64,000 bases of DNA from an uncultured Candidatus Binatia bacterium (GTDB lineage: Bacteria > Desulfobacterota > Binatia > Bin18), in contig OZ241744.1 in NCBI GenBank assembly GCA_965200965.1, positions 1,344,001 through 1,408,000 on the forward strand, written 5' to 3'. The notes beneath the pieces were generated by a model. That model saw nothing but the letters and a program-made list of their open reading frames with translations, searched no databases and was not told where the DNA came from. Both the position numbers and the translations under genes were made by a program. Of the stretch, positions 28,765 through 38,281 are shown in pieces; position 1 is the first letter of the stretch, and every line of letters begins with the position of its first letter.

Positions 28765-30444
28765 ATGGCCTACGATCTGTTGATTAAAAACGGGACGCTT
28801 GTAGACGGGACAGGGGCGCAGCGCTATCGCGCCGATGTGGCGGTAGCCAACGGCACAATTGCCGCCATTGGCAGAATCACCGAGGGTGCCAAAAAAATCA
28901 TTGACGCCTCGGACTTGGTGGTGACACCCGGCTTTTTTGATCCGCACACCCATTACGACGCCCAGATCTGTTGGGACCCGGTCATTACCTGTTCGTCCTG
29001 GCACGGGGTCACCAGTGTCATGATGGGCAACTGCGGCGTGGGTCTCGCCCCGTGCAAGCCGGATGTACGGGAAATTGCCGCCTGGGATCTGGTCAATGTG
29101 GAGGCAATTCCCTTTGAGGTCTTGTCCCAAGGCGTGACCTGGGACTGGGAGACCTTTCCCGAATATATGGACGCCGCGGCCAAACGCGGCTCAGGTATCA
29201 ACCTCGGCTTTATGGCTCCGCTGACCCCGTTCCGCCACTACGTCATGGGCGAAGAGTCTATGGACCGAGCGGCCACGCCTGAAGAGACGACCCGGATCGC
29301 AGCCCTGCTGCAGGGCGCGATGGAGGCTGGCGCGTTTGGTTTTTCGACCACCAACGGTCCCCAGCATATTGGCTATCAGGGCCGGCCGCTGGCCTGCCGG
29401 CTGGCCAGCCGAGAAGAGTTGGCCGCGTACGGCGGAGTGCTCAAAGCCTTGGGTCGAGGCACAATTGAGCTGGCCCTCAACGACAACCCGGGCGTAGTGT
29501 CTGAGAGCGACTATGCGCTGCTGGACCACTTGGCCAGCTCCAGCAACCGCCCGGTGACTTGGCTGGCCCTGCTGTCACGGGACGACAAGCCCGATGTGTG
29601 CATGGACACCCTGGAACGGACCCTGCCGCTTATCAGGCGCGGCGTCGTGCCCCAGGTCTCACCCCGACCCCTGAGCGTCCAGATCAACCTGCGCAATCCG
29701 TTTATCTTCGCCAACCTCCCGTCGTGGAATCCGGCGTTTAACCGAACGGCCGCAGAGCAGATCAAGCTGTACCGTGAGCCGCCCTTCCGCCAGGCCTTCC
29801 GCAAGACCCTGGACGAGCCCCGGGTGTTTGCCGGCCAGTGGGACCGGGTAATTGTCCATGAGGCCGGCAAGCCTGGCCTCAAACAGCACGAGGGCAAGAC
29901 CGTCGCCGAGGTGGCCGCAGAACGAGGCACCGACGGCCTCGACACCTTCCTGGACCTGGCTATTGAGGACGAGCTCACCATGCAGTACGTCATGTACCTG
30001 TTCAACGCCAGCGAAGAGCGGGTGGCCGAGTTGATCAACCATCCCAACACCCTGATCGGGCTGTCGGATGGTGGTGCTCACGTCGATATGCTGTGTGATG
30101 CCGGCTATTGCACCTACCTGCTCGGCCACTGGGTGCGTGAAAAGCAGGCCATCAGCCTAGAGCAGGCGGTCCGGCGGCTCACCTCAGAGCCGGCCGGCTT
30201 CTTTGGCGTGCGGGACCGTGGTACCCTGCAACGGGGCAAAGCCGCGGATATCGCCATCTTTGACGCCGACGCCATCGGCTCGCCCAAACGGCCCGAGATG
30301 CGCCACGACCTGCCGGGCGGCGGCCGTCGTCTGGTGATGCCGGCTCACGGCGTCCTGCACACGATTGTGAACGGCGAAGTCCTCTACCAGGACGCTCAGC
30401 ATACCGGGGCGATGCCGGGTCAAGTATTGCGCTCGCACGCATAG
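28765..30444 (+). CDS. Amidohydrolase, N-acyl-D-amino-acid deacylase family (paralogue of 22393-24084)
   Basis: PGFFDPHTHYD, GNCGVG, SDGGAH; RBS aaggag. Confidence 0.9.
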   Translation: MAYDLLIKNGTLVDGTGAQRYRADVAVANGTIAAIGRITEGAKKIIDASDLVVTPGFFDPHTHYDAQICWDPVITCSSWHGVTSVMMGNCGVGLAPCKPDVREIAAWDLVNVEAIPFEVLSQGVTWDWETFPEYMDAAAKRGSGINLGFMAPLTPFRHYVMGEESMDRAATPEETTRIAALLQGAMEAGAFGFSTTNGPQHIGYQGRPLACRLASREELAAYGGVLKALGRGTIELALNDNPGVVSESDYALLDHLASSSNRPVTWLALLSRDDKPDVCMDTLERTLPLIRRGVVPQVSPRPLSVQINLRNPFIFANLPSWNPAFNRTAAEQIKLYREPPFRQAFRKTLDEPRVFAGQWDRVIVHEAGKPGLKQHEGKTVAEVAAERGTDGLDTFLDLAIEDELTMQYVMYLFNASEERVAELINHPNTLIGLSDGGAHVDMLCDAGYCTYLLGHWVREKQAISLEQAVRRLTSEPAGFFGVRDRGTLQRGKAADIAIFDADAIGSPKRPEMRHDLPGGGRRLVMPAHGVLHTIVNGEVLYQDAQHTGAMPGQVLRSHA

Positions 30445-30475
30445 TCGGCCCAGTCCTGACCCATACCGCAGACAC

Positions 30476-30510
30476 AAGGCAGGAGGGGAGCGGCTTCCTG
30501 CCTTTTCTTT
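30476..30510 (+). terminator. Rho-independent terminator
   Basis: Stem aaggcagga/tcctgcctt followed by ttcttt, just after the amidohydrolase stop. Confidence 0.65.
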
Positions 30511-30520
30511 AGGCGGTCGA

Positions 30521-30910
30521 ATGCTACGCGCTCGCTACGCTTGGCTCCTGTTTGGGCATCTTCTCTTGCCCGGCTGTGGTCCAAGCCCCGAGGACGCCCG
30601 CCGAGAGCTTGCCCTGTACGGGCTGCGCTGGGACCAGGCGCATTTTCTGGCCTATGCCGAGTTGGGCGGAACCCGGATCGTTGAGCTCTTCCTGCTGGGT
30701 GGGATGCACCCCGATGTCACCGACATCATGGGCCGCACGGCCCTGATGAGAGCGGCCAGCAACGGCCATATTGAGACGGTCGAGACCCTGCTTGCGGCCG
30801 GTGCCAATCCGCGCCTGAAGGATCATTTTACCGGACAGACCGTCCTCTCCCTGGCCAGAGAAAACGGCCATGCCCGGATTGTCAGACTGCTTGAACGGCC
30901 GCCCGAATAG
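30521..30910 (+). CDS. Ankyrin-repeat lipoprotein
   Basis: Lipobox-like LLLPGC; GRTALMRAASNGHIETVETLLAAGANP and GQTVLSLARENGH. Confidence 0.85.
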   Translation: MLRARYAWLLFGHLLLPGCGPSPEDARRELALYGLRWDQAHFLAYAELGGTRIVELFLLGGMHPDVTDIMGRTALMRAASNGHIETVETLLAAGANPRLKDHFTGQTVLSLARENGHARIVRLLERPPE

Positions 30911-30911
30911 C

Positions 30912-32207
30912 ATGTATCAGTTCACCAGCCTGCTCGGCGTCCTTGTTTGCATCGGGATTGCCGTCCTGCTGTCCGAGAACCGGCGGCGCATCTCAGGCCG
31001 CCTGATTGGGGCCAGCCTCCTCCTCCAGGGCCTCATCGCCGGCCTCTTCCTGGCTTTTCCGCCCGTCGTCAGCCTAGTCGAACTGACCGCCCGGGGCGTT
31101 ATCCGGGTGCTGTCCTTTGCCCAGCGGGGCAGCCAGTTTGTCTTTGGTCCATCTCTGACCGACACCGACAGTCCGTGGGGCTTTATCTTTGCCGTCCAGG
31201 TGTTGCCCGGCATTGTATTCGTCGCCGCCCTGATGTCTGTCCTCTACCATGCAGGGGTCATGCAACGCCTGATCGGCCTCTTAGCCTGGCTGCTCAGACG
31301 CAGTCTGGGGGTGACAGGCAGCGAGGCGTTGGCGGTGGCGGCCAATATCTTTGTCGGCCAGACCGAAGCCCCGCTGTGTGTCAAGCCCTATATTGCCGGC
31401 ATGACCCGCTCGCAACTCATGACGCTCATGACCGGGGGCTTTGCCACCGTGTCGGGCAGTGGGTTGGCGGCCTATATCGGGCTGCTCAGCGGCAACGCCC
31501 CGGACGCCGCGCTTGTCTTCACCCACCACCTGCTGACCGCCAGTGTGTTGTCCGCCCCGGCCGCCTTTTTGATGGCCAAAACACTCGTGCCCGAAACCGA
31601 GCCGGCAATGGATGAAGCCCAAGCGGCCCGCCTGCCGGCGCGCGAGACCCACAATATGATCGACGCCCTGGCCTCGGGCGCGGCTGACGGACTGTGGCTG
31701 GCCCTCAATATCGGGGTGATGCTGCTCGCCTTTGTCGCCTTCCTGGCCTTGCTGAACTGGCCCCTGGAAGTGCTGAGCGCCTGGCCCCCTGTGGCTGCCT
31801 GGCGCGACCAGCTTGGCCTGCCACCGCTGACCTTACAGACCCTGTTCGGCATCTTTTTGACCCCGCTCGCCGCGGCCATGAGTATCCCCTGGGAGGAGTG
31901 TCGCGCCTTTGGCGGGCTGCTAGGCGAAAAAGTGCTGGCGACCGAGCTGGTGGCCTATCAGTCTCTGGCCTCGTTATTACAAGCGGATACCGGAGTTATC
32001 AGCCCCCGCACGGCGCACATCGCCAGCTACGCCCTGTGCGGCTTTGCCAACTTCGCCTCGATCGGCGTACAAATCGGTGCCCTGCGGGTGTTAGTGCCAG
32101 ACCGACGCGGCGAGGTCAGCCGCCTAGCCGTGCCAGCGATGATCGGCGGCGCACTAGCCTCGTGGCTCACCGCGTGTATCGCCGCGCTGTTCCTCCCCTT
32201 CGACTAA
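30912..32207 (+). CDS. Concentrative nucleoside transporter (NupC family)
   Basis: NIFVGQTEAPL, MTGGFAT, ALCGFANFASIG. Confidence 0.9.
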   Translation: MYQFTSLLGVLVCIGIAVLLSENRRRISGRLIGASLLLQGLIAGLFLAFPPVVSLVELTARGVIRVLSFAQRGSQFVFGPSLTDTDSPWGFIFAVQVLPGIVFVAALMSVLYHAGVMQRLIGLLAWLLRRSLGVTGSEALAVAANIFVGQTEAPLCVKPYIAGMTRSQLMTLMTGGFATVSGSGLAAYIGLLSGNAPDAALVFTHHLLTASVLSAPAAFLMAKTLVPETEPAMDEAQAARLPARETHNMIDALASGAADGLWLALNIGVMLLAFVAFLALLNWPLEVLSAWPPVAAWRDQLGLPPLTLQTLFGIFLTPLAAAMSIPWEECRAFGGLLGEKVLATELVAYQSLASLLQADTGVISPRTAHIASYALCGFANFASIGVQIGALRVLVPDRRGEVSRLAVPAMIGGALASWLTACIAALFLPFD

Positions 32208-33958
32208 GCCGAGGCGTTCCCTGGCTCGGGCTTGGCGGGGACCATCTGCTGTCCCTGCAGGGCCTCCTGGAGAACCTGCCACACCTCGCGCTCATCCTGG
32301 GCGTGTTCCAGGCGAGTGCGAACCTGTTCCTGGCCCATCTCGCGCGCCAGGGCGGCCAGGATTTGGAGTTGTAAGCCGTCATCGGCCACCGGTGTCAGGA
32401 GCAGGAAAACCAGATGGACGGGCAGGCCGTCGGGCGCGTCCCATTCGACCCCATACCCGGAGCGGCCAAACACCAGCAGCGGTCTGGTCAAATGCTCCAG
32501 CCGGGCGTGGGGGATAGCCAGCCCGCTGCCCAGTCCGGTTCCCATCAGCTCTTCCCGGTCGTTCACCGCGGCAAAGACGCTGTCGGCAGCCAGACCCTGA
32601 CCGGGCGGGGCGTGCTCGGCCAGGGCTTGGCACAGCTCCTGCACAACCGCCCCACGGGTGGTCCCGCGCAGGTTGGCAATCAGTGCCCCGCGGAGGAAAA
32701 ACTCAAGGATATGGATTTCCTGTCGGCGTCGCACCGACCACAGCAGCCACGGGCCGACCAGCAGCGAGGAGATAATGGTCGAAACAATAATGGCCACAAA
32801 AACGGGCACAGTCAGGATGTTATACTCGAGCGCCACCGCGGCCACCACAATGCCGGTCACTCCGCTGGGCGTGAACGCAATGCCGATCGACACCCGGTCC
32901 ACCCGCGACAGACCTGTGCCAAAGGTCCCCAGCCAGGCCCCAAGATATTTCCCGCCAATGGACACCACGGTGACAAACACGGCCAGGAAGGCGTCAAAGT
33001 TCTCAAAGAAGTCAATCCGCAGGGCAAGGCCGGCAAAATACAGCGGGACAAAAATCGCGTGGACCATCTGGGTCAGAATCAGGCGAATCCGCTCAGACAG
33101 CGTGTGGGCATGACCAGCCATGATCCCGGCCAGGAAGAAGCCGAGCAGCGCGGTCAGACCGATCCAGGCCGTGACCGCCCCGCACAGCAGGCCCAGACAG
33201 CACACAAACGACAGCACCGCCCCGGGCTGCTGGAGGAGGAGGTGATCGATAAACGCTACCGCCCGCAGGCCGACCGTCAGACACAGGCCGGTAAAGGCGA
33301 CCGTGACCAGCAGCAGACCGCCGACCGAGCCGATGTCCAGGACTGCCTGGGTGGCCGCGGCCAGCACCAGGCTGAAGATGACAAAGGCCAGGATATCGTT
33401 GACCGCATAGCCGCACAGGGTCAGCAGGCCCAGGTCGGTTTTGATGAGGTCCAGGTCGTGCAGCACCCGGGCAATAATGACCATAGCGCTGATCGCCATA
33501 GTCGTGCCCAAAAACAGGGCAAAGGAGATGCGCCGCTCGGGCGCTGCCAGATAGCTGTCGGGCAAGAGCAGCGACAGCCCAAAGCCGACCAGGAGCGGGA
33601 CGACGACCCCGATAATGCCGATCCGCAGCGCTGGACCGCGCTTGTGCCAGGCGGCCACCACGTCAACCTCAAGGCCAGTTTCCAGCAGCAGGAACAGGAC
33701 GCCGAACCAAGCCACCGTCTCCAGCATGGCCTGCTGGATGGGGTCGGGCGGGAAGAGGCCGGCGTACAGACCAGGCAGGAGCCGGCCCAGCACAGTCGGC
33801 CCCAGGAAGACGCCGACCAGAATTTCTCCGACCAACGGGGGATGACCCCAGCGGCGCAGGACTTCTCCACAGCCCCGGGCCAGGGCCAGCAACAGCAGGA
33901 CCTGGAGCAGAAAGATGAGCAGATGATGCTCGCTGAGGACTGGCTCTTGAGTGGCCAT
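32204..33958 (-). CDS. Cation:proton antiporter fused to a PTS EIIA(Ntr/Fru)-like domain
   Basis: GEILVGVFLGP, GLEVD, FVPLYF; C-terminal RE..GTGLGSGLAIPHAR..APDGLPV. Confidence 0.85.
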   Translation of the reverse strand: MATQEPVLSEHHLLIFLLQVLLLLALARGCGEVLRRWGHPPLVGEILVGVFLGPTVLGRLLPGLYAGLFPPDPIQQAMLETVAWFGVLFLLLETGLEVDVVAAWHKRGPALRIGIIGVVVPLLVGFGLSLLLPDSYLAAPERRISFALFLGTTMAISAMVIIARVLHDLDLIKTDLGLLTLCGYAVNDILAFVIFSLVLAAATQAVLDIGSVGGLLLVTVAFTGLCLTVGLRAVAFIDHLLLQQPGAVLSFVCCLGLLCGAVTAWIGLTALLGFFLAGIMAGHAHTLSERIRLILTQMVHAIFVPLYFAGLALRIDFFENFDAFLAVFVTVVSIGGKYLGAWLGTFGTGLSRVDRVSIGIAFTPSGVTGIVVAAVALEYNILTVPVFVAIIVSTIISSLLVGPWLLWSVRRRQEIHILEFFLRGALIANLRGTTRGAVVQELCQALAEHAPPGQGLAADSVFAAVNDREELMGTGLGSGLAIPHARLEHLTRPLLVFGRSGYGVEWDAPDGLPVHLVFLLLTPVADDGLQLQILAALAREMGQEQVRTRLEHAQDEREVWQVLQEALQGQQMVPAKPEPGNASA

Positions 33959-34059
33959 AGGCAAAACCCCGTCAGCGCTTCTTATAGCCTATCTGCCAGT
34001 TTTCGTCGTGCTCCTCACGCGGCCCCCGCGCGTGTCTTTTCATTTGGGCCGAGACGCGC

Positions 34060-34223
34060 CGTACTGCGCAGAAATGGTTCAACGCCAGCGGGATGGGTAC
34101 GCCGGGATGACCTAGCCCCCTTTGAGGCCTGCCAGCGGGACTATGCCGGCCGCCGGGTCCGCAAAGAAAATCATTGTGCTCAACCACGAGATTGAGACGG
34201 TGTTGGAGGTGTATCATGTCTAA
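34060..34223 (+). pseudogene. Fused remnant of benzoate/anthranilate-type Rieske dioxygenase alpha and beta subunit C-termini
   Basis: WFNASGMGTP / DDLAPFEACQRDYAG (one extra G between) recalls the BenA FFNxSGMxTPDDLEEFRxCQ motif. It is joined to KKIIVLNHEIETVLEVYHV*, which recalls the BenB end KKVVLKNDY..QVIDVYHI*. Confidence 0.65.
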
Positions 34224-34310
34224 GACGGGGTCGGCATGTGCCCGGATTCCAATGCTGGCCCATCAGCGCAGAGATGCCTGGGCACGCGCTCCTCTGGTCT
34301 CCGGCCGGCC

Positions 34311-35570
34311 TCAGGCATCAAGCGAGCGTGACGAAAAGACCGCCCAATTCAGCCGCCCCGCCTTATGCAGCAGGACGGCCAGGACGCACCAGAACACCTG
34401 TACGCCGACCGCCGCGCTCCACAGAAACCACGACAGTTTCTGGACCAGCGCACACAGCAGGATAATGATGGAGTAGTCGCGGCTGGTCAGCCCCTCGATC
34501 ATCTGCCGGATAACCGCATTCTCCCAGCCGCCCTGCTTTTTGCCTTGCTCCTCGGTCTTCTCAGCCATGGTGACAAAAGGAAAACAGATCGCCGCCCCAA
34601 CGGCCAACGCTCCGCCAAGGAACGGCGCATAGCTGGCACCGCCCTGTTTCCAGACCGCAATACCCACCCCCACAAAGATGGCGATATGCACAACGGTATC
34701 AAGGGTGATATCGAGCCACGCCCCCAGGGGCGACTCCAGAAACTTCACCCGGGCGACCTCGCCGTCAATGCAGTCCACCACCGCGGAAAACTGCAACAGC
34801 AGGCCGCCCAGAATTAGCCAGCCATAGCCTCCGCCCCAAAAGCAGGCCGCCCCGAGCAGACCGATGCCGCACGAGAGCAGGGTGATATGATTGGGCGTCA
34901 GCGGGGTGCGGAGCAGCAGGCGGGTTAGGGGACGCGATAGCTTCCGATTGAGATAGGCGTCAACTAGGCCGTCTTTGGGGTTTGGCAGAGATAGCAGCAG
35001 GGCTTTCTCAATGTCGTCTACCAGGCCGGGACGAGACACCTGGGCCAAAAAATAGCCGTCGGCAGAAAAGCGCTGCACCTCTTCTCCCCAACCTCCCCCG
35101 GCCAGCCCGAGACCCGCGGTCCGCAGCCGCGCCACCGCGGTCGGCAGGCTGCGCAGCGGGAAGAGCACAAGGCGGTAGCCCGGCGGCTCTCCGCCCACCG
35201 CACAGACGCCCTGCGGCGTCGCAGCCTTGGCTAAGTCGCGGCCCAAGTTGGCCGAAAACACGGTCTGGACCTCAAAGGCAAGACACTGCTCGCCGCTCGG
35301 CCCGGCAGGCAACGAGACGGGAGGCGTCTCGTTGCCTGCCGGGCCGAGCCACACCAGCTCAGCATTCAGGCACGGGTCGTCGGACAGCGACTGACGCAGC
35401 CGGCGCGTCTGCCCGGCGGTTTGATTGGAGAGCAGATAACAGGTTTTTGCACCCGCGCGCTGGGCAGTCAAAATCGCCCGTTTGAGCAGAGACAGCCCGC
35501 CGAGCATGGTGAGCGGACGACAGTGTGTCGGTAACACAATGACAGCAGCGCGAATCATAGACATTCTCAT
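34311..35570 (-). CDS. CDP-alcohol phosphatidyltransferase with degenerate N-terminal nucleotidyltransferase-like region (DIPP synthase-like)
   Basis: DG.VDAYLNRKLS, TPNHIT, DCIDGEVAR..SPLGAWLD..LD. Confidence 0.8.
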   Translation of the reverse strand: MRMSMIRAAVIVLPTHCRPLTMLGGLSLLKRAILTAQRAGAKTCYLLSNQTAGQTRRLRQSLSDDPCLNAELVWLGPAGNETPPVSLPAGPSGEQCLAFEVQTVFSANLGRDLAKAATPQGVCAVGGEPPGYRLVLFPLRSLPTAVARLRTAGLGLAGGGWGEEVQRFSADGYFLAQVSRPGLVDDIEKALLLSLPNPKDGLVDAYLNRKLSRPLTRLLLRTPLTPNHITLLSCGIGLLGAACFWGGGYGWLILGGLLLQFSAVVDCIDGEVARVKFLESPLGAWLDITLDTVVHIAIFVGVGIAVWKQGGASYAPFLGGALAVGAAICFPFVTMAEKTEEQGKKQGGWENAVIRQMIEGLTSRDYSIIILLCALVQKLSWFLWSAAVGVQVFWCVLAVLLHKAGRLNWAVFSSRSLDA

Positions 35571-35622
35571 TCTGCGGGCGACTCCCCGCTACCACCTGTG
35601 TCAGAGAGGCCGTGCAGATGTC

Positions 35623-37647
35623 TTATAGCTCATCCTCCAGGTCGGCCAGCCACTGCGCGACGTAAGCGTCGCTCGGCATACGCCAGTCGCCGCGGGGCGA
35701 CAGACTGACCGAACCGACCTTTGGTCCGTCCGGCAGACACGAGCGTTTGTACTGACTGGCAAAGAAGCGGCGCAGAAAGACCTTCAGCCAATGCCGGATG
35801 TCTTGGGGCGAGTAGGGCCGACTGAAACGGGCCTGACCGGCCAAGTACAAAATCTTGGACGGAGCGGCACCATAGCGCAGAAAATGGAACAGAAAGAAGT
35901 CGTGCAATTCGTATGGACCAACGATGTCTTCCGTCTCTTGGACCATGTCGCCGACCGGGTTGGGGGGTAGCAGTTCAGGCGAGATTGGGGTCTCAAGCAC
36001 CGCCCGGAACGTTGTCTTGACGGATCCGCTGAACTCGTGCTCGGCCGCCCAGGCGACCAGAAAACGGACGAGGGTTTTGGGAATGCCGACATTCGGATTA
36101 TACATGCTCATGTGGTCGGCGTTATACGTCGCCCAGCCCAGGGCCAACTCAGACAAGTCTCCGGTACCAATCACAAAGGCACTGTTCATCAACAGGCTGG
36201 TCCGCATCCGGGCTTGGACATTCTCAAAAACCAGATCGTGCCGAGCCTCGGGCGGGAGCTGCCTGAGTTGCTGGCTCAGGGTTTCGACACTCAGCCCATC
36301 AAGCCCTATCCCAAACGGCTTGTGGCCGAGGGCCCGCATTGCATCCAGACACAGCTGGCGAATATCAATCTGACAGCTCAATACGCCGAGCTGGCGCATC
36401 AGGTCGGTCGCGTTTTTTCTGGTGCGCTGGGTGGTCCCGTAGCCAGGCATGGTGAAGGCCCGAATGTGGCGGCGCGGCATCCCAAGCCAATCCGCGGTGC
36501 GACATGCCACCAAAAGAGCCAGGGTGGAGTCCAAGCCGCCCGACACGCCGATCGCCACCGGAGGGGTGTTGAGGTGGCGCAGACGCGAGCCCAGACCCGC
36601 GACCTGGATACGAAAGATCTCTTCGCAGCGCTCGCGCAGATCATCTTGACCCGAGGGGACGAAGGGGTGAGCCGCAACCGGTCGGACCAGACGGGCCGGG
36701 GCCGGACGCGGAGCGCAGGCAAACAGCGCCCGCCGCAGGATCGGCAGCCGGGCGCTCCGACTGTCGTGAAAACTGCCCATCCGCAGCCGGTCGGCGTGTA
36801 AGCGTTCGAGGTCAATATCGGCCATACACACCGCCTCGTCCCCGGCGAAGGGCCCGGATTCGGCCAGCAGGGTGCCGTTTTCGGCGATCAGGCAGTGCCC
36901 GCCGAAGACCAGATCGGTGCTGGATTCCCCACCCCCACAGGCGCTGTAGACATAGGCGGCGATACACCGGGCCGCCTGGCCGCTCACAAGCTGGCGGCGG
37001 TAGGCGGCCTTGCTCGTGCCCTCAGTGCTGCCCGACAGATTGACCAGAACGGTTGCCCCGTCCACGGCCTGGCGTGAGCTGGGCGGCTGCGGAACCCACA
37101 GGTCTTCACAAATCTCAACGCCGAGAACGAGTTGCTCCCAGCCGTCGGCCGCAAAGAGCAGGTCAGTGCCAAACGGGACCGGTCGGCCGAACACGACGAT
37201 CTCCGCGCTTGGGGCGGCAGAAGCCGGCGCAAACCACCGCCGTTCATAGAACTCCCGATAAGTGGGCAAAAAAGACTTGGGCACAATCCCTAGCAACGCC
37301 CCCTGGTACATGACTGCCGCGCAGTTGAAAAGCTGCCCCTCAGCGGCTAGCGGAAGGCCGACCACGGCCAGCCCCAAAAACCGCCGGGCGGTGTGTTCAA
37401 TGAGGCCTGCCAGGGCGCTTAGCGCCGCCTGCTGGAGGCGCTGCTGATGAAACAGATCGGCGCAGGTATAGCCGGTCAGACAGAGCTCGGGAAAAACCAG
37501 GACAGCCACATCTTGCTGTTGGGCGCGTTCCATCATGGCCAGGATACGCTGGGCGTTGAAGCCGCAGTCGGCAACCCGGACCGCCGGCGAAGCCGTCGCA
37601 ACCCGGACAAATCCAAACCCGGCGCGGTCGGCGAATGACACGGACAT
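35623..37647 (-). CDS. nadE: Glutamine-dependent NAD+ synthetase
   Basis: CN-hydrolase FPEL/EICED domain plus SGGLDS, ENVQARMR, SPRGDWRMPSD. Confidence 0.95.
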   Translation of the reverse strand: MSVSFADRAGFGFVRVATASPAVRVADCGFNAQRILAMMERAQQQDVAVLVFPELCLTGYTCADLFHQQRLQQAALSALAGLIEHTARRFLGLAVVGLPLAAEGQLFNCAAVMYQGALLGIVPKSFLPTYREFYERRWFAPASAAPSAEIVVFGRPVPFGTDLLFAADGWEQLVLGVEICEDLWVPQPPSSRQAVDGATVLVNLSGSTEGTSKAAYRRQLVSGQAARCIAAYVYSACGGGESSTDLVFGGHCLIAENGTLLAESGPFAGDEAVCMADIDLERLHADRLRMGSFHDSRSARLPILRRALFACAPRPAPARLVRPVAAHPFVPSGQDDLRERCEEIFRIQVAGLGSRLRHLNTPPVAIGVSGGLDSTLALLVACRTADWLGMPRRHIRAFTMPGYGTTQRTRKNATDLMRQLGVLSCQIDIRQLCLDAMRALGHKPFGIGLDGLSVETLSQQLRQLPPEARHDLVFENVQARMRTSLLMNSAFVIGTGDLSELALGWATYNADHMSMYNPNVGIPKTLVRFLVAWAAEHEFSGSVKTTFRAVLETPISPELLPPNPVGDMVQETEDIVGPYELHDFFLFHFLRYGAAPSKILYLAGQARFSRPYSPQDIRHWLKVFLRRFFASQYKRSCLPDGPKVGSVSLSPRGDWRMPSDAYVAQWLADLEDEL

Positions 37648-37687
37648 GCTCTTCCTCGGCCCAAAGGCTCCGGGTCAACTCGAAGCG

Positions 37688-38089
37688 TTAGGAGAGACGG
37701 TCGAAATGGACCTCAATATGCCTTGACTGGACACGTTTTTCGAGGGCACGTCGGAGAGACAGCTTGAGGGCGCTCCGGGTGGGCGGAAACAGGAGGCCCA
37801 GACCAAGCGCATCGGTCAAGACGCCGGGTGTAATCAGCAACAGGCCGGCGACCAGGATCAGGACCCCGTCGATCAATTCATGGGTCGGCGTCACCCCCCG
37901 CTGCCACTCGGTCTGGATCTTACGCCATATCCGCCAGCCTTCCAGTCGGGCCAGATACGCCCCGGCCATACCTGTGCCAAGAACGAGCAGGATGGTCGGT
38001 CCGGCCCCGAGGTAGCTCCCGATGGTCAGGAGCAGGTAGAGTTCAATCAGGGGCAGAAAGGTGAAGAGGAGGAGAAGGCGTAGGAACAT
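37688..38089 (-). CDS. fxsA: FxsA family membrane protein
   Basis: PLIELYLL, LLITPGVLTD. Confidence 0.88.
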   Translation of the reverse strand: MFLRLLLLFTFLPLIELYLLLTIGSYLGAGPTILLVLGTGMAGAYLARLEGWRIWRKIQTEWQRGVTPTHELIDGVLILVAGLLLITPGVLTDALGLGLLFPPTRSALKLSLRRALEKRVQSRHIEVHFDRLS

Positions 38090-38281
38090 GGACTCAGTGA
38101 AACAAAACATAGCCCAAATGTCAAAAGGCATAAGGCCGCAGCTCACACGCCCTATGCCTTGGAAGCTCGCCAAGCCGTTGGCACGACGCAAGCGAATGTG
38201 TCAGAATGTGTGCAAAGATTGTATTCGCCATGTTCCAGACGTGCTGACCCTTGTTCTCAACACACAGGAAGACGGACTCAC

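Noticed and set aside
33972-34217. 81 aa minus-strand ORF as a real gene
   Set aside because: The opposite strand carries recognisable dioxygenase remnants, and the ORF has no motif
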